In this document: positions 52,011-61,842 of the stretch, one piece after another
Numbering within the stretch: the first letter of the stretch is position 1
Layout of the letters: each line of letters opens with the position of its first letter
Assembly (NCBI GenBank): GCA_963769025.1
Contig: CAVYKI010000003.1
Location: 928,001-992,000, forward strand
Direction: 5' to 3'
DNA: 64,000 nucleotides
DNA from: an uncultured Verrucomicrobiae bacterium
GTDB lineage: Bacteria > Verrucomicrobiota > Verrucomicrobiia > Chthoniobacterales > Chthoniobacteraceae
Position numbers and translations under genes: made by a program
The notes under the pieces: generated by a model
The model's input: only the letters and a program-made list of their open reading frames with translations
Database searches by the model: none
What the model was told of the DNA's origin: nothing

Positions 52011-54359
52011 TCAAAACTTGTAACCGATATTGAACTGAAACTTGCCGCCCGAACCGTTGTAAGGGTCGGACTGGAGCGGGATGCCGTAGTCGATTCGGAT
52101 GGGGCCGATGGCCGGGATTTCCAAGAGCAGGCCGATGCCGTAATCGCTGTTCAAGCCGCCGGAGCCGTTGGGGTCTTTCTTCGCGCTGAAGTCGTAGGCG
52201 CTGCTGCTCACAAAGCCGGCATCGAAAAAGAACGCCATGCGCACTTTCTCAACGATCGGTATCGTGTACTCCGCGGTGAACCGCGCGAGGGACTGGCCGC
52301 CGATCGGTTCGCCGCCGCTGACGGTCTCCTTCGGGCCGACTTCGCGATAGGTGAAGCCGCGCAGGCTGTTCGCGCCGCCGAGGTAGAGGCGGTCGTAAAC
52401 CGGCACGCGGCTCCCGCCGGACCAGTTGTCCACGCCCGCGATCTGGGCTTCAAAGGTCAGGATCGTGTCGCCGGGCAAGGCGATGTATTTCGCCGCATCG
52501 ATGTCAAAGCCGTAGATGCTCTCATCGCCTCCGAGGAATCCGCCGGCCGCATACACCTGGGCATCCACGCGCCATCCTTGGCTGGGAAGGTACACCCGGT
52601 TGCGCGAGTCGTAGGTGATGCCGGTGCTGACCTGACTCTTCAGCACGGGACCCGCGTCCCGAAAGAACTCCGAGGTCGGCGACAGCGTGGACGAGTAGTT
52701 GTGCAGCTCGATTTGCTCGAGTTTGTACTCGAGCCGGAACGCCGTGAATTCATTGACCGGCTTGCGCATGAAGACACTCCCGCCGTACCGGCGTTCGTTA
52801 TACACGGCGCTCGTGTAGCTGGCGTCGCGGTAGTAGAGTTCCGTGCCGACCGAAAACTTCCGGTCGAGGAAGTAGGGCTCGGTGAGGCTGATGATGAAAT
52901 CCTTGCGCGTGGTGCCGTACTGGATGCGCGTGCGGAACTTCTGGCCTCCGCCGGTGAGGCGCGGCCAGTTGGTGATGTCGAAATTGCTCTGCGTCAGCTC
53001 GACGAATCCGAGCAGGTTGTCGATCGAGCTGAAGCCCGCGCCGAAGTTGAACGAACCGGTCTGGGTCTCGGCGACGTCCACATTCAGGTCGCGGCGACCG
53101 GGGACTGAGATCAGCGGTTCCGCGGGGCGCACTTCCGTGCGGGAAAAGTAACGCAGGTTTTCAAGGCGCTGCTTGCTCGCGTCCATGCGGACTGTGTTGA
53201 AGAGGTCGCCGGGCGCCAGCGCGAGTTCGCGGCGGATCACCTTGTCCTTCGTGCGCGTGTTCCCGGAGATGTTCACCTTGTCCACGTAGTATTGGTAACC
53301 CTCTTCGAGGCGGAAGCTGACATCCACCACGCCGGGACCGCCGGGCGTGGGGCTCGGAATCACCGCCAAATCCAGGAAGCCTTTCGCACCATAGAGGTCG
53401 CTGATGATCTTACGGTCCGCGGCGAGCGCCTGGGGCGAATAAATCGCGCCGGGCTTGAGCGTCAGCTTCTGCGTGATCTCGTCGGCCGCGAACACCCGTG
53501 CCCCGATGACCGAAACCCTCCCGACGTGGAACAACGTCCCCTCGGTGATTTGGAAAGTGACATCCACCTTCGTGTCATGCCGCGAGACGACCGGGCTCCG
53601 CACCTCGACCTGGAGGTAACCCTTGCTCTGGTAAAGCTCGCGGATGGCGCGGACGTCGTCCTGCAGTTGCTCGCTGTTCAACTTGCCCGCCGTCGAAGAG
53701 AAGACGTTCATGATGCCCTTCGGCTTGGTCTTCACGACCTTCAGGAGTTCCGAGCGCTTCACCGCGTTGTTTCCCTGAAACGCAACGTTGTCGATCTTGG
53801 CCTTGGAGCCCTCGTTCACGTCGAAAATCGCCCGCACCGCCCCCGGCTTCCCGGTGTTCTCGGTGCGATAGCGCACGTCGATGTCGCCGTAGCCTTTGCC
53901 CTGGTAGTATTCAATGATTTTCTGACGGTCCGCCTCGAGCGCGGATTCGCTCGCCGGGCTGCCTGGCTTCGAGGAAATCTCGTCGCGCAACTTCGAGGTC
54001 TTCACCTTGGTCGCGCCGTTGATGATCACTTCGGCGAGCGTGCTCTTCGTGGCCACGACGACGATGACCTTCACCCCGTCCCCCTGCGGCTCACCGAACA
54101 TGCGGACGTTCGTCAGGTTGCCCGTCGCCATCAGGTTGCGGACATCGTCCTCGGTCACGCGGGGCGAGTAAGGGCGGCCCACCTTGGTGCGCATGTTGGC
54201 GAGCACCTTATCCTTGGAAACCGACTCCGGCCCGACGAACTGGATCTCGATCGACCTCACCAGCGGCATGTTCGGGGCTTCCTGAGCCGGAGCCGCCGAA
54301 GGCGACACCAAAAATGCGAAAATGCTGAGGAGGCCTTGGAGTAAAATGCGGAGCTTCAT
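52011..54359 (-). CDS. bamA: Outer membrane protein assembly factor BamA
   Basis: POTRA repeats (GNTRTKDKVIRRE), LGGANSLRGF and a C-terminal FQFNIGYKF. Confidence 0.96.
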   Translation of the reverse strand: MKLRILLQGLLSIFAFLVSPSAAPAQEAPNMPLVRSIEIQFVGPESVSKDKVLANMRTKVGRPYSPRVTEDDVRNLMATGNLTNVRMFGEPQGDGVKVIVVVATKSTLAEVIINGATKVKTSKLRDEISSKPGSPASESALEADRQKIIEYYQGKGYGDIDVRYRTENTGKPGAVRAIFDVNEGSKAKIDNVAFQGNNAVKRSELLKVVKTKPKGIMNVFSSTAGKLNSEQLQDDVRAIRELYQSKGYLQVEVRSPVVSRHDTKVDVTFQITEGTLFHVGRVSVIGARVFAADEITQKLTLKPGAIYSPQALAADRKIISDLYGAKGFLDLAVIPSPTPGGPGVVDVSFRLEEGYQYYVDKVNISGNTRTKDKVIRRELALAPGDLFNTVRMDASKQRLENLRYFSRTEVRPAEPLISVPGRRDLNVDVAETQTGSFNFGAGFSSIDNLLGFVELTQSNFDITNWPRLTGGGQKFRTRIQYGTTRKDFIISLTEPYFLDRKFSVGTELYYRDASYTSAVYNERRYGGSVFMRKPVNEFTAFRLEYKLEQIELHNYSSTLSPTSEFFRDAGPVLKSQVSTGITYDSRNRVYLPSQGWRVDAQVYAAGGFLGGDESIYGFDIDAAKYIALPGDTILTFEAQIAGVDNWSGGSRVPVYDRLYLGGANSLRGFTYREVGPKETVSGGEPIGGQSLARFTAEYTIPIVEKVRMAFFFDAGFVSSSAYDFSAKKDPNGSGGLNSDYGIGLLLEIPAIGPIRIDYGIPLQSDPYNGSGGKFQFNIGYKF

Positions 54360-54482
54360 GATGGATTTTGGCGCGCCGACGAGTGATCGCTCGGCGCAAA
54401 GCCGGGTATTAGCCGGAGTGCAGGGCGGAAGGTCAAGCTGGCTTTTGAGGCCCGCCTGCACCGGCGCGACGGCGCGCAGGCG

Positions 54483-56060
54483 TCACTTTGGGCCCTTGGA
54501 AGGGCCCAGTTTGTATTCGTAGCTGTCCACGAGCGCCAGCCAGCTCGCCTGGATGATGTTGTCGCTCGCGCCGACCGTGCCCCAACTGTCGTGCCCGTCC
54601 GTGCTCGAGATGAGCACGCGCGTGCGGGCGGCCGTGCCCTGCTGGCCGTTGATGATGCGGACCTTGTAGTCCTCGAGCGAGATGTCTGCGATTTTCGGGT
54701 AGAATGGCGTGAGCGCCTTGCGGAGTGCGGCATCCAGCGCGTTCACCGGGCCGTCGCCCTCGGCGACCACGTAGGCGTCCTGGTCCTTCACCCGCAGCTT
54801 CACCGTCGCCTCGCACTTGTCCCATGAGCCATCGGCAGTCCGGCGGAATGAACAATGGTACTCGCACAGTTCAAAGAGCGGCGTGTGCTGGCCGAGCGTG
54901 CGGCGGATGAGCAGCTCGAACGACGCCTCCGCGGCCTCGAATTCGTAGCCCTCGGATTCGAGGCGCTTCACCTCGGCGAGGATCTTCGCGACCTCGGGCG
55001 CACCCTTGGCAAATTTGAAACCGACCTCCTCGGCCTTCACGATCACGTTCGACTGCCCGGACATGTCCGAGATGGTGATGCTGCGCGAATTTCCGATGAG
55101 CGCCGGATCCACGTGCTCGTAGCTGCTCGCGAGCTTCTGCACCGCATGGACATGCTGCCCGCCCTTGTGGGTGAAGGCCGCGGTCCCGACGTACGGCGCA
55201 CGGATGTTGTGCGGCACGTTCGCGAGTTCATCGACGAACAACGACAGCTCGCGCAGCCGCGTCAGATCGGGCACGAGGTTCATGCCGAGCTTGAGCTGGA
55301 GATTCGCCATCACGGTGATGAGGTCGCAATTCCCCACGCGCTCGCCGTAGCCGTTGATCGTCCCCTGCACCTGCACCGCGCCGGCCTGCACCGAGGCGAG
55401 CGCATTCGCCACGCCGAGCCCGCTGTCGTTGTGCGTGTGGATGCCGACGGTCCCCGGCCCGAGCTCCGCGAGCACGTCGCGCGTCGCCTTCGCGACAAAC
55501 TCCGGCAGCGAGCCGCCATTCGTATCGCACAGCACGACGAGGCTCGCGCCGGCGCCATGCGCGGCCTTGAGCGTCGCGAGCGAGTAAACGGGGTCGTCCC
55601 GGTAGCTGTCGAAAAAATGCTCCGCGTCGTAGAGCACCTCGCGCCCGTGCTTTTTCAGATACGCGACCGTGTCGGCGATCATTGCGAGATTCTCCTCCAG
55701 CGTGACTCCAAGCACCTCGACGACCTGGAGCGGCCACGTCTTGCCGACGATCGTCACCGCGGGCGTCTCCGCATCGAGGAGGATGCGCACCTGCGGGTCG
55801 TCTTCCACCTTCATCTTTCCGCGTCGCGTCGCGCCAAAGGCGGACACCTTGGCGTGCTTCCACGTGCGCTTCCTCACCTCGCGGAAGAACTCCGCGTCCT
55901 TCGGGTTCGAGCCCGGGAAGCCGCCCTCGATGTAATGCACGCCGAAGGCATCCAGCTTCTCCGCCACGCGGATCTTGTCCGTCACCGAGAACGAAATCCC
56001 CGTGCCCTGCGTGCCATCGCGGAGCGTCGTGTCGTAAAGAGTGAAGGCCTTGGTGCTCAT
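54483..56060 (-). CDS. cimA: Citramalate synthase
   Basis: YDTTLRDGTQG, PGSNPKD, YDAEHFFD, HKGG, YEH and GDGPVNALD. Confidence 0.92.
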   Translation of the reverse strand: MSTKAFTLYDTTLRDGTQGTGISFSVTDKIRVAEKLDAFGVHYIEGGFPGSNPKDAEFFREVRKRTWKHAKVSAFGATRRGKMKVEDDPQVRILLDAETPAVTIVGKTWPLQVVEVLGVTLEENLAMIADTVAYLKKHGREVLYDAEHFFDSYRDDPVYSLATLKAAHGAGASLVVLCDTNGGSLPEFVAKATRDVLAELGPGTVGIHTHNDSGLGVANALASVQAGAVQVQGTINGYGERVGNCDLITVMANLQLKLGMNLVPDLTRLRELSLFVDELANVPHNIRAPYVGTAAFTHKGGQHVHAVQKLASSYEHVDPALIGNSRSITISDMSGQSNVIVKAEEVGFKFAKGAPEVAKILAEVKRLESEGYEFEAAEASFELLIRRTLGQHTPLFELCEYHCSFRRTADGSWDKCEATVKLRVKDQDAYVVAEGDGPVNALDAALRKALTPFYPKIADISLEDYKVRIINGQQGTAARTRVLISSTDGHDSWGTVGASDNIIQASWLALVDSYEYKLGPSKGPK

Positions 56061-56214
56061 AAAAAAGGGCGCGCACGCTATGGCAGCCACCGCCCCCAGT
56101 CAACCGTGACCCCGAAACGGCAAATCCCGAACGCTCCGGCCCTTGGACGGTCGGACGGGTGGAAAATCAGCCCCTCTCCCGGTCGTCGCAGGGATATTGC
56201 CGCGGAAATCCGCG

Positions 56215-56652
56215 CTACTTCTTCAGCTTTTCCAACTCGGCCACGTAGTCCTTTGCCGACGTTCCATTGTAGCCGACCTTTTTGAAGAGTTCCTTCCCGT
56301 CCGCATCGAGCACGATGATGGTCGGAAAGCCGCGGATCGCGTATTTCTTCGAGAGCTCCTGGTTGGCGGCCTTGAGTTCGGGCGTCTGCGGCTTGCTCTT
56401 CGGGAAATCCAGCTCCACGAGCACAAGGTTTTCCTTGGCAAACTTGTTGAACTCCTCGGACGTCAGCACCGTCTTGTGCAGATTCTTGCACGGCGGGCAC
56501 CAGTCGGAACCGGTGAAGTCCATGAGGACCATTTTCTTCTCCGCCTTGGCCTGCGCCATGGCCTTTGGGAGATTGGTCAGCCAGGCTTCTTCCGCAGCGC
56601 AGAACTGCGAGGTGGCGAATGCGAGCGTGAACAGGAGGGCGAGCGTTTTCAT
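56215..56652 (-). CDS. Secreted thioredoxin-family protein
   Basis: FTGSDWCPPC and GFPT. Confidence 0.9.
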   Translation of the reverse strand: MKTLALLFTLAFATSQFCAAEEAWLTNLPKAMAQAKAEKKMVLMDFTGSDWCPPCKNLHKTVLTSEEFNKFAKENLVLVELDFPKSKPQTPELKAANQELSKKYAIRGFPTIIVLDADGKELFKKVGYNGTSAKDYVAELEKLKK

Positions 56653-56759
56653 GGGAGGTGATGGATTGGGTTTGGTGAACGGATACGCTGAATGCTAGCA
56701 GATCGGCCTTCCGATGGGAGCGGATTGTTCACGGTGCTCGACCCGGGAAAACGGCCCCG

Positions 56760-57173
56760 TCAGCGCACTTCGTCCTGCTCGCGCTTCCGGGCGGGCATGA
56801 TGGAGCACGCCTCCTTGCATCCGAAGATCCGGGACAACGTGCGGCGGTTTCGCGCGATGAGGTTGTACACCTTCTCCGCTATCCAGATGACGCCCGGCAC
56901 CCAAAGCACCAGCGCCAGCGGCAGCAGCAGCGGCAGCCGCATGCCGACAAACCGGATGCAGCGCGCGCCGCGGAAGATGCGCCCGTCGCGCGTCACGCAG
57001 TGCATCGCGGCGAGGAGCTGCTCGCGATCGACGTTCGGCGCGGCCTGTTGCGCGCGCGGGTCGGTGAGCGGGATGAGCGCGAGCGCGTTGAACCAGTCCA
57101 GCCACGTCAGCACCCGCATCTGGAAGATGCACAACGGGCATTCGCCATCGTAGAGAACGAGGGTTTGTTTCAC
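56760..57173 (-). CDS. DCC1-like (DUF393) thiol-disulfide oxidoreductase
   Basis: LYDGECPLC and YNLIARNR. Confidence 0.9.
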   Translation of the reverse strand: MKQTLVLYDGECPLCIFQMRVLTWLDWFNALALIPLTDPRAQQAAPNVDREQLLAAMHCVTRDGRIFRGARCIRFVGMRLPLLLPLALVLWVPGVIWIAEKVYNLIARNRRTLSRIFGCKEACSIMPARKREQDEVR

Positions 57174-57182
57174 GGGAGAAGG

Positions 57183-58070
57183 CTACACGCTGAGGTGCCC
57201 GAGCGCCAGCAGCCCGTAGAAAGTGTATTCCGCGTCGAGCGCGTCGTCCGCCCAATGCCCGTGGAATCCGCCCTCCGCGCTCCAAAGCGTGTCCACGAAA
57301 TCGAGGCACTTTTCGCGCAGCGAATCCGGCAGCGGACGGTCGAGGCACGAGAGCGCGTGCAGCGCCGTCGCGGTGGAAAGCAGGTCGGGCACCGGCGCGC
57401 CCGGCACCGCGAGCCAGCCGCCATCTTCGTGCGTCTGCGCGAGCAGCCAGTCGCCGGCCGCGGCGCTGATCGGCATCCCGAGCTGATGCAGGAGCGTGAT
57501 GGCCGCCGCCGTCGCCGGCACCGTGCCCTGGCGCATCCCGCGCACATTGCCCCACGCGCCGTCCGGTGTTTCGAGAAATTTCAGGCACTGCACCATCCGC
57601 AGCGGTTCGGGCAGTTTCGCGCCGAGATCCTGGTACGCGCCGAGCGCGACGAAGCACCCGTAGGCGTTCCCGTACGGCGCGCCGGGCTTCACGTCGTAGC
57701 CACCGTCGCCGGTGCGGAATGCCTCCAGCCGCGCGAGGATCGCCTCGGAAACACCATCCGCTCCGCTTTCAAGCCCGACAGCCGCACGGCATCGCGCCAG
57801 CGCGCCGAGATGCACGAAGTCCAGCCCCGCGCCATCGCCGAAGCCGCGCACAAACGGCTCCACGCGCGCCGCCGGAATCTCCGACTGCAGCGCCTCCAGC
57901 CCGCCGAGCACGAAGATCGTGTAATACAGATCCGGCCGCCCCGCGCGGTCCGCCCCGCCGCCTTCCGGCGTGACCTGCTGCAGCAGGAAATCCCGCACCA
58001 GCCCCGCCGATTCGCCGAGCGTCTTTTGCGCGACCCGCGCAATCTGCAGCATTTGGAGACGGAGACTCAT
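57183..58070 (-). CDS. Prenyltransferase/squalene-cyclase repeat protein
   Basis: Repeated (D/E)GG(F/W/Y) motifs, DLYYT and DAEYTFYGLLAL. Confidence 0.8.
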   Translation of the reverse strand: MSLRLQMLQIARVAQKTLGESAGLVRDFLLQQVTPEGGGADRAGRPDLYYTIFVLGGLEALQSEIPAARVEPFVRGFGDGAGLDFVHLGALARCRAAVGLESGADGVSEAILARLEAFRTGDGGYDVKPGAPYGNAYGCFVALGAYQDLGAKLPEPLRMVQCLKFLETPDGAWGNVRGMRQGTVPATAAAITLLHQLGMPISAAAGDWLLAQTHEDGGWLAVPGAPVPDLLSTATALHALSCLDRPLPDSLREKCLDFVDTLWSAEGGFHGHWADDALDAEYTFYGLLALGHLSV

Positions 58071-58141
58071 GCGCGTTGGCTAGCGGTTCGCGACGGCGGC
58101 GTCAAAGCGTCGGACCTGACGAATCGGCCGAACCATCCATC

Positions 58142-58849
58142 TCAAACCTTGAACACCACGCCATCCACCATCTGCACGATGACCGCGTAGAGCGACCGGT
58201 GCGTGCACCAGCGGACGTCCTCCCGCCGGTTGTCGGCCATCAGCTCGCGCCCTTTCCGCGAATCGTGCAGGCAGTGCAGGACATCCTCCTGGTACTTCCG
58301 GAAAACCGAGGCCGTGATCCTCGCGGCGTCCGTATACTCCGCTTCCTGGAAGTAACTGCACACCATCCCGGCGGCGAAAAGATCCTCGAGCGCCGGTTCG
58401 CGCACGGTGCCCGCGCAAACGAGCAGCAGATTCGCGGGATTGGTCTCCCGCAGGTGCGCGACGAGCGCCCCCATGTTCAACAGCGAACCAACGAGAACCT
58501 TCCCGGCCTTGGCACACGCGCGCAGTGCGTTGCTCGCGTTGGTCGTGAGCGAGATGATCCGGTCCGCCGACGGGTTGCGATATTCGAGCGGCGAGTTGCC
58601 GAGATCGAAACCGTCGAACCGGAGCCCGTGCCGCTCACCGGCCAGCAGCGCGCCGGGCAGGAGACTTTTCACCTCCTGCGCTTCCTGCATCGACGTGACC
58701 GGGTAAATCGCCGTCACGCCATTGGCCAGCGCAGTGACCATCGAAGACGCCGTGAGGAGCACATCGAAGACGACGGCAGTGCTCTGGGTCAGATCGAGCC
58801 CGGGCAGAAGGTCGATTTCGAGGGGTGAAAGTGCCGCATCGATTTTCAT
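58142..58849 (-). CDS. comB: 2-phosphosulfolactate phosphatase-like protein (divergent)
   Basis: [23 protein letters not shown] and LED. Confidence 0.8.
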   Translation of the reverse strand: MKIDAALSPLEIDLLPGLDLTQSTAVVFDVLLTASSMVTALANGVTAIYPVTSMQEAQEVKSLLPGALLAGERHGLRFDGFDLGNSPLEYRNPSADRIISLTTNASNALRACAKAGKVLVGSLLNMGALVAHLRETNPANLLLVCAGTVREPALEDLFAAGMVCSYFQEAEYTDAARITASVFRKYQEDVLHCLHDSRKGRELMADNRREDVRWCTHRSLYAVIVQMVDGVVFKV

Positions 58850-58947
58850 GGCGTTCGTTTTCGTGCTCCCGCTCCTTGGAGCAACCCCGGCAGATTGCAC
58901 CAGGCGTCGCCACGAATGGAAGCCTCCTCTGCCGGCGCTCCTCCCGG

Positions 58948-58984
58948 AAACAAAGACGCCCCGGCTTTCATACCGGGGCGTCTC
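58948..58984 (-). terminator. Terminator-like hairpin after gnd
   Basis: 11-bp stem agacgccccgg/ccggggcgtct followed by ttgttt on the minus strand. Confidence 0.7.
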
Positions 58985-59022
58985 GAATTCAGAATGCGCG
59001 TTTGTTTGGCGCAGCTTCGCGC

Positions 59023-60500
59023 CTAGACCGTGTAGGTGCTGCTCGACACGTCGCCGCCGCGGCCGGTCCAGTTCGTGTGGAAGAACTCGCCGCGCGGCTT
59101 GTCCACGCGCTCGTAGGTGTGCGCGCCGAAGTAGTCGCGCTGCGCCTGGAGCAGGTTCGCCGGCAGGACGGCGCGTGCGGTACTGATCGAAGAACGCGAG
59201 CGCGGTGCTGAAGGCCGGCACCGGGATGCCTTTCTTCGCCGCGGTGGCGACGACGTTGCGCCAGCCCTTCTGCGACTTCTTGATCTCGCCGCGGAAATAA
59301 TCGTCGAGCAGCAGGTTCGAGAGCTTCGGATTGTTGTCGTAGGCCTCCTTGATCTTGCCGAGGAAGCGCGAGCGGATGATGCAGCCGCCGCGCCACATCA
59401 GCGCGATGCCGCCGTAGTTCAGGTTCCAGCTGTACTCCTTCGCCGCGGCGCGCATGAGCATGTAGCCCTGCGCGTAGCTGACGATTTTCGAGGCGTAGAG
59501 CGCGTGGCGGATGTCCTCGATGAACGCCTTCTTCTTCTCGGGATTCGACGCGATCGCCTTCAGCGCCGGGCTCGGGCCCTTGAGCTTCTTCGCGGCCTTC
59601 ACGCGCTCGTCCTTCAGCGCGGAGACGCAGCGCGAATACACCGCCTCCGCCATGAGCGTGATCGGGATGCCGAGTTCCTGCGAATTGATCACCGTCCACT
59701 TGCCGGTGCCCTTCTGGCCGGCGGTGTCGAGGATCTTGTCCACGAGCGGCGCGCCGTCCTCGTCCTTCTTGGCGAGGATGTCGCGCGTGATCTCGATGAG
59801 GTAGCTGTCGAGGTCGCCCTTGTTCCACTCGGCGAAGACCTCGTGCATCTCGTCGGCGGTCATGCCGAGGCCGTTCTTCATGATGTTGTAGGCCTCGCAG
59901 ATGAGCTGCATGTCGCCGTATTCGATGCCGTTGTGGACCATCTTCACGTAGTGGCCCGCGCCGCCTTCGCCGACCCAGTCGCAGCACGGCACGCCGTCGT
60001 CCACCTTCGCGGAGATGCCCTGGAAAATCTCCTTCACGTGCGGCCACGCCGCCGGCGATCCGCCGGGCATGATGCTCGGGCCGCGGCGCGCGCCTTCTTC
60101 ACCGCCGGACACGCCGGTGCCGATGTAGAGCAGTCCCTTGCTCTCGCAGATACTTCACGCGGCGGATCGGTGTCGTCGAAAAGCGAGTTGCCGCCGTCGA
60201 TGATGATGTCGCCCGCTTCGAGGTGCGGGATGATCTGCTCGATGAATTCGTCCACCGGCTTGCCCGCCTTCACGAGCATCATCACGCGGCGCGGGCGCTT
60301 GAGCTTCGCGACCATCTCCTCGATGGAATGCGCGCCGATGCACGTTGCGTGCCCTTCGCCTCGTTGGCGAGGAATTCGTCCACCTTCGCCGTGGTGCGGT
60401 TGTACGCCACGACGGTGTAGCCGTGGTCGTTCATGTTGAGGATGAGGTTCTGGCCCATGACGGCCAGACCAATGAGGGCGATGTCAGCTGTAGGTTCCAT
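59023..60500 (-). CDS. gnd: 6-phosphogluconate dehydrogenase, decarboxylating (frameshifted)
   Basis: [42 protein letters not shown] and WRGGCIIRS. Confidence 0.96.
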
Positions 60501-60549
60501 TTGTGGGAGGGCGATTCAAAGGCAACGGATTCGCGGAGACAAGGCAAAG

Positions 60550-60575
60550 GTAGGGCGGTTTCGCCGAAACCGCCC
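60550..60575 (+). repeat. Single GTAG-type REP palindrome
   Basis: gtagggcggtttcgccgaaaccgccc. Confidence 0.75.
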
Positions 60576-60642
60576 ACTCCGAGGGCACACGAATGCCCTC
60601 GCGCCGCCAAATGCCCAAACAGCCCCGCGGCTTCCCCGCGAG

Positions 60643-61842
60643 CTATTCCGGCACTGAAAGTCCCACGACATCCCCCGCATAGCCGGTGAGTTCGAGGTAA
60701 CCGTGCCCATTCACCGCACGGCCGTCGCGCTTGCCCCGAACGTCGATCATCCCCTCCCAATACGCCACCGGCTCAAGCGCGAGTTCCTGCGCCTCGACGG
60801 GTGTCGTGACTTCCAGATCGATCCCCAGCGGCGGCACTTCGACACGCCAGCCGATCGGATATTTGCCCCGCGTCTTCGCGCTCTCCCAAAATTTCACAGG
60901 CGTCAGCCGCAGTTCATCGAGCTTCAGATGCCGCACGCTGCCATCCTTCGCGATGAACGACCCCGACGACGCGCCATCCACCGAGCCGTCCTTCTTTCGC
61001 AGCCGGTAGAGCATCAGCTCAGTCCCGTCATCGAGCTGCACGCTGAACCAGTCCCAGCCCGACTGCCCCGGCGCGAGCTGGTTCGTCGCCCATTCGTGGT
61101 CAAACCAGCTCTCGCCCTCGACCGGCAGCTCCTGTCCGCCGATTTTCAAAGTCCCGCGCGAGCGCATCCGCGTGCCGGAGTAATATTGCGACGCATGCCC
61201 CGGCACATCGGCCTTCGTGCTCAGGCCCGCCTCGCCGTGCAGCGCCCACGGCTTCGCGCTTTCCAAGCGCAATTCGAGCGAACGTCCATCGTCGCTCGCG
61301 TTCAGTTGCATCGCGCCATCCTTGTCGAATGCCAGCGACCAATCGCCGAGCCACGCGAGACGCACTTCGTTTTGCAAATCACCGAAGCCCGCCTCGCCGA
61401 ATGCGCCGCGCAAGAGCTGCTGCGAAAAATGGAACTGGCCCGCCTTCACATCGGTGATCGTGAAATGGCCGAACTTCAAATCATCCATCACGAACCGCGA
61501 CTTCGCCGCATCGCGCGCTCCGGGCGCACGGACGCCGTGCCGGAAAAACGTGACCTGATACCCGAAGCGCCGCCCATCCGCCGCGCGCAGATTGCCGGTG
61601 AAATACCACCACTCCGTCTTGAAATCCGGATGCGCCGCATGGTCGCGCGGCCACTCGAATTTCCAACCGGGCTCGGCTCTTCGCCAGCCGGGAGCATCAT
61701 CGGCGCACGCAAAGAATCCCAATGCAAAAAGGATTCCCAAAACCAGCAGAACCGCCCGGAAAGCACCGTTGAGCTCTCCGGGGAGCGCGGGCGCCCCGCC
61801 CGCGCTCCCCGATGCAGATCGGTCCTGTTTTGATTGTTTCAT
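60643..61842 (-). CDS. AttH/CrtC-like lipocalin-domain protein
   Basis: PRDHAAHPDFKTEWWYFTGNL, SWFDHEW, GWDWF, YWEG and GYLELTGY. Its start overlaps the permease stop as ATGA. Confidence 0.88.
   Translation of the reverse strand: MKQSKQDRSASGSAGGAPALPGELNGAFRAVLLVLGILFALGFFACADDAPGWRRAEPGWKFEWPRDHAAHPDFKTEWWYFTGNLRAADGRRFGYQVTFFRHGVRAPGARDAAKSRFVMDDLKFGHFTITDVKAGQFHFSQQLLRGAFGEAGFGDLQNEVRLAWLGDWSLAFDKDGAMQLNASDDGRSLELRLESAKPWALHGEAGLSTKADVPGHASQYYSGTRMRSRGTLKIGGQELPVEGESWFDHEWATNQLAPGQSGWDWFSVQLDDGTELMLYRLRKKDGSVDGASSGSFIAKDGSVRHLKLDELRLTPVKFWESAKTRGKYPIGWRVEVPPLGIDLEVTTPVEAQELALEPVAYWEGMIDVRGKRDGRAVNGHGYLELTGYAGDVVGLSVPE

Noticed and set aside
58142..60112. Apparent gnd-comB fusion ORF of 656 aa
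   Set aside because: An indel near 59170 causes it. The true gnd end ([12 protein letters not shown]...) is in another frame, stops at 59023 and is followed by a terminator-like hairpin.
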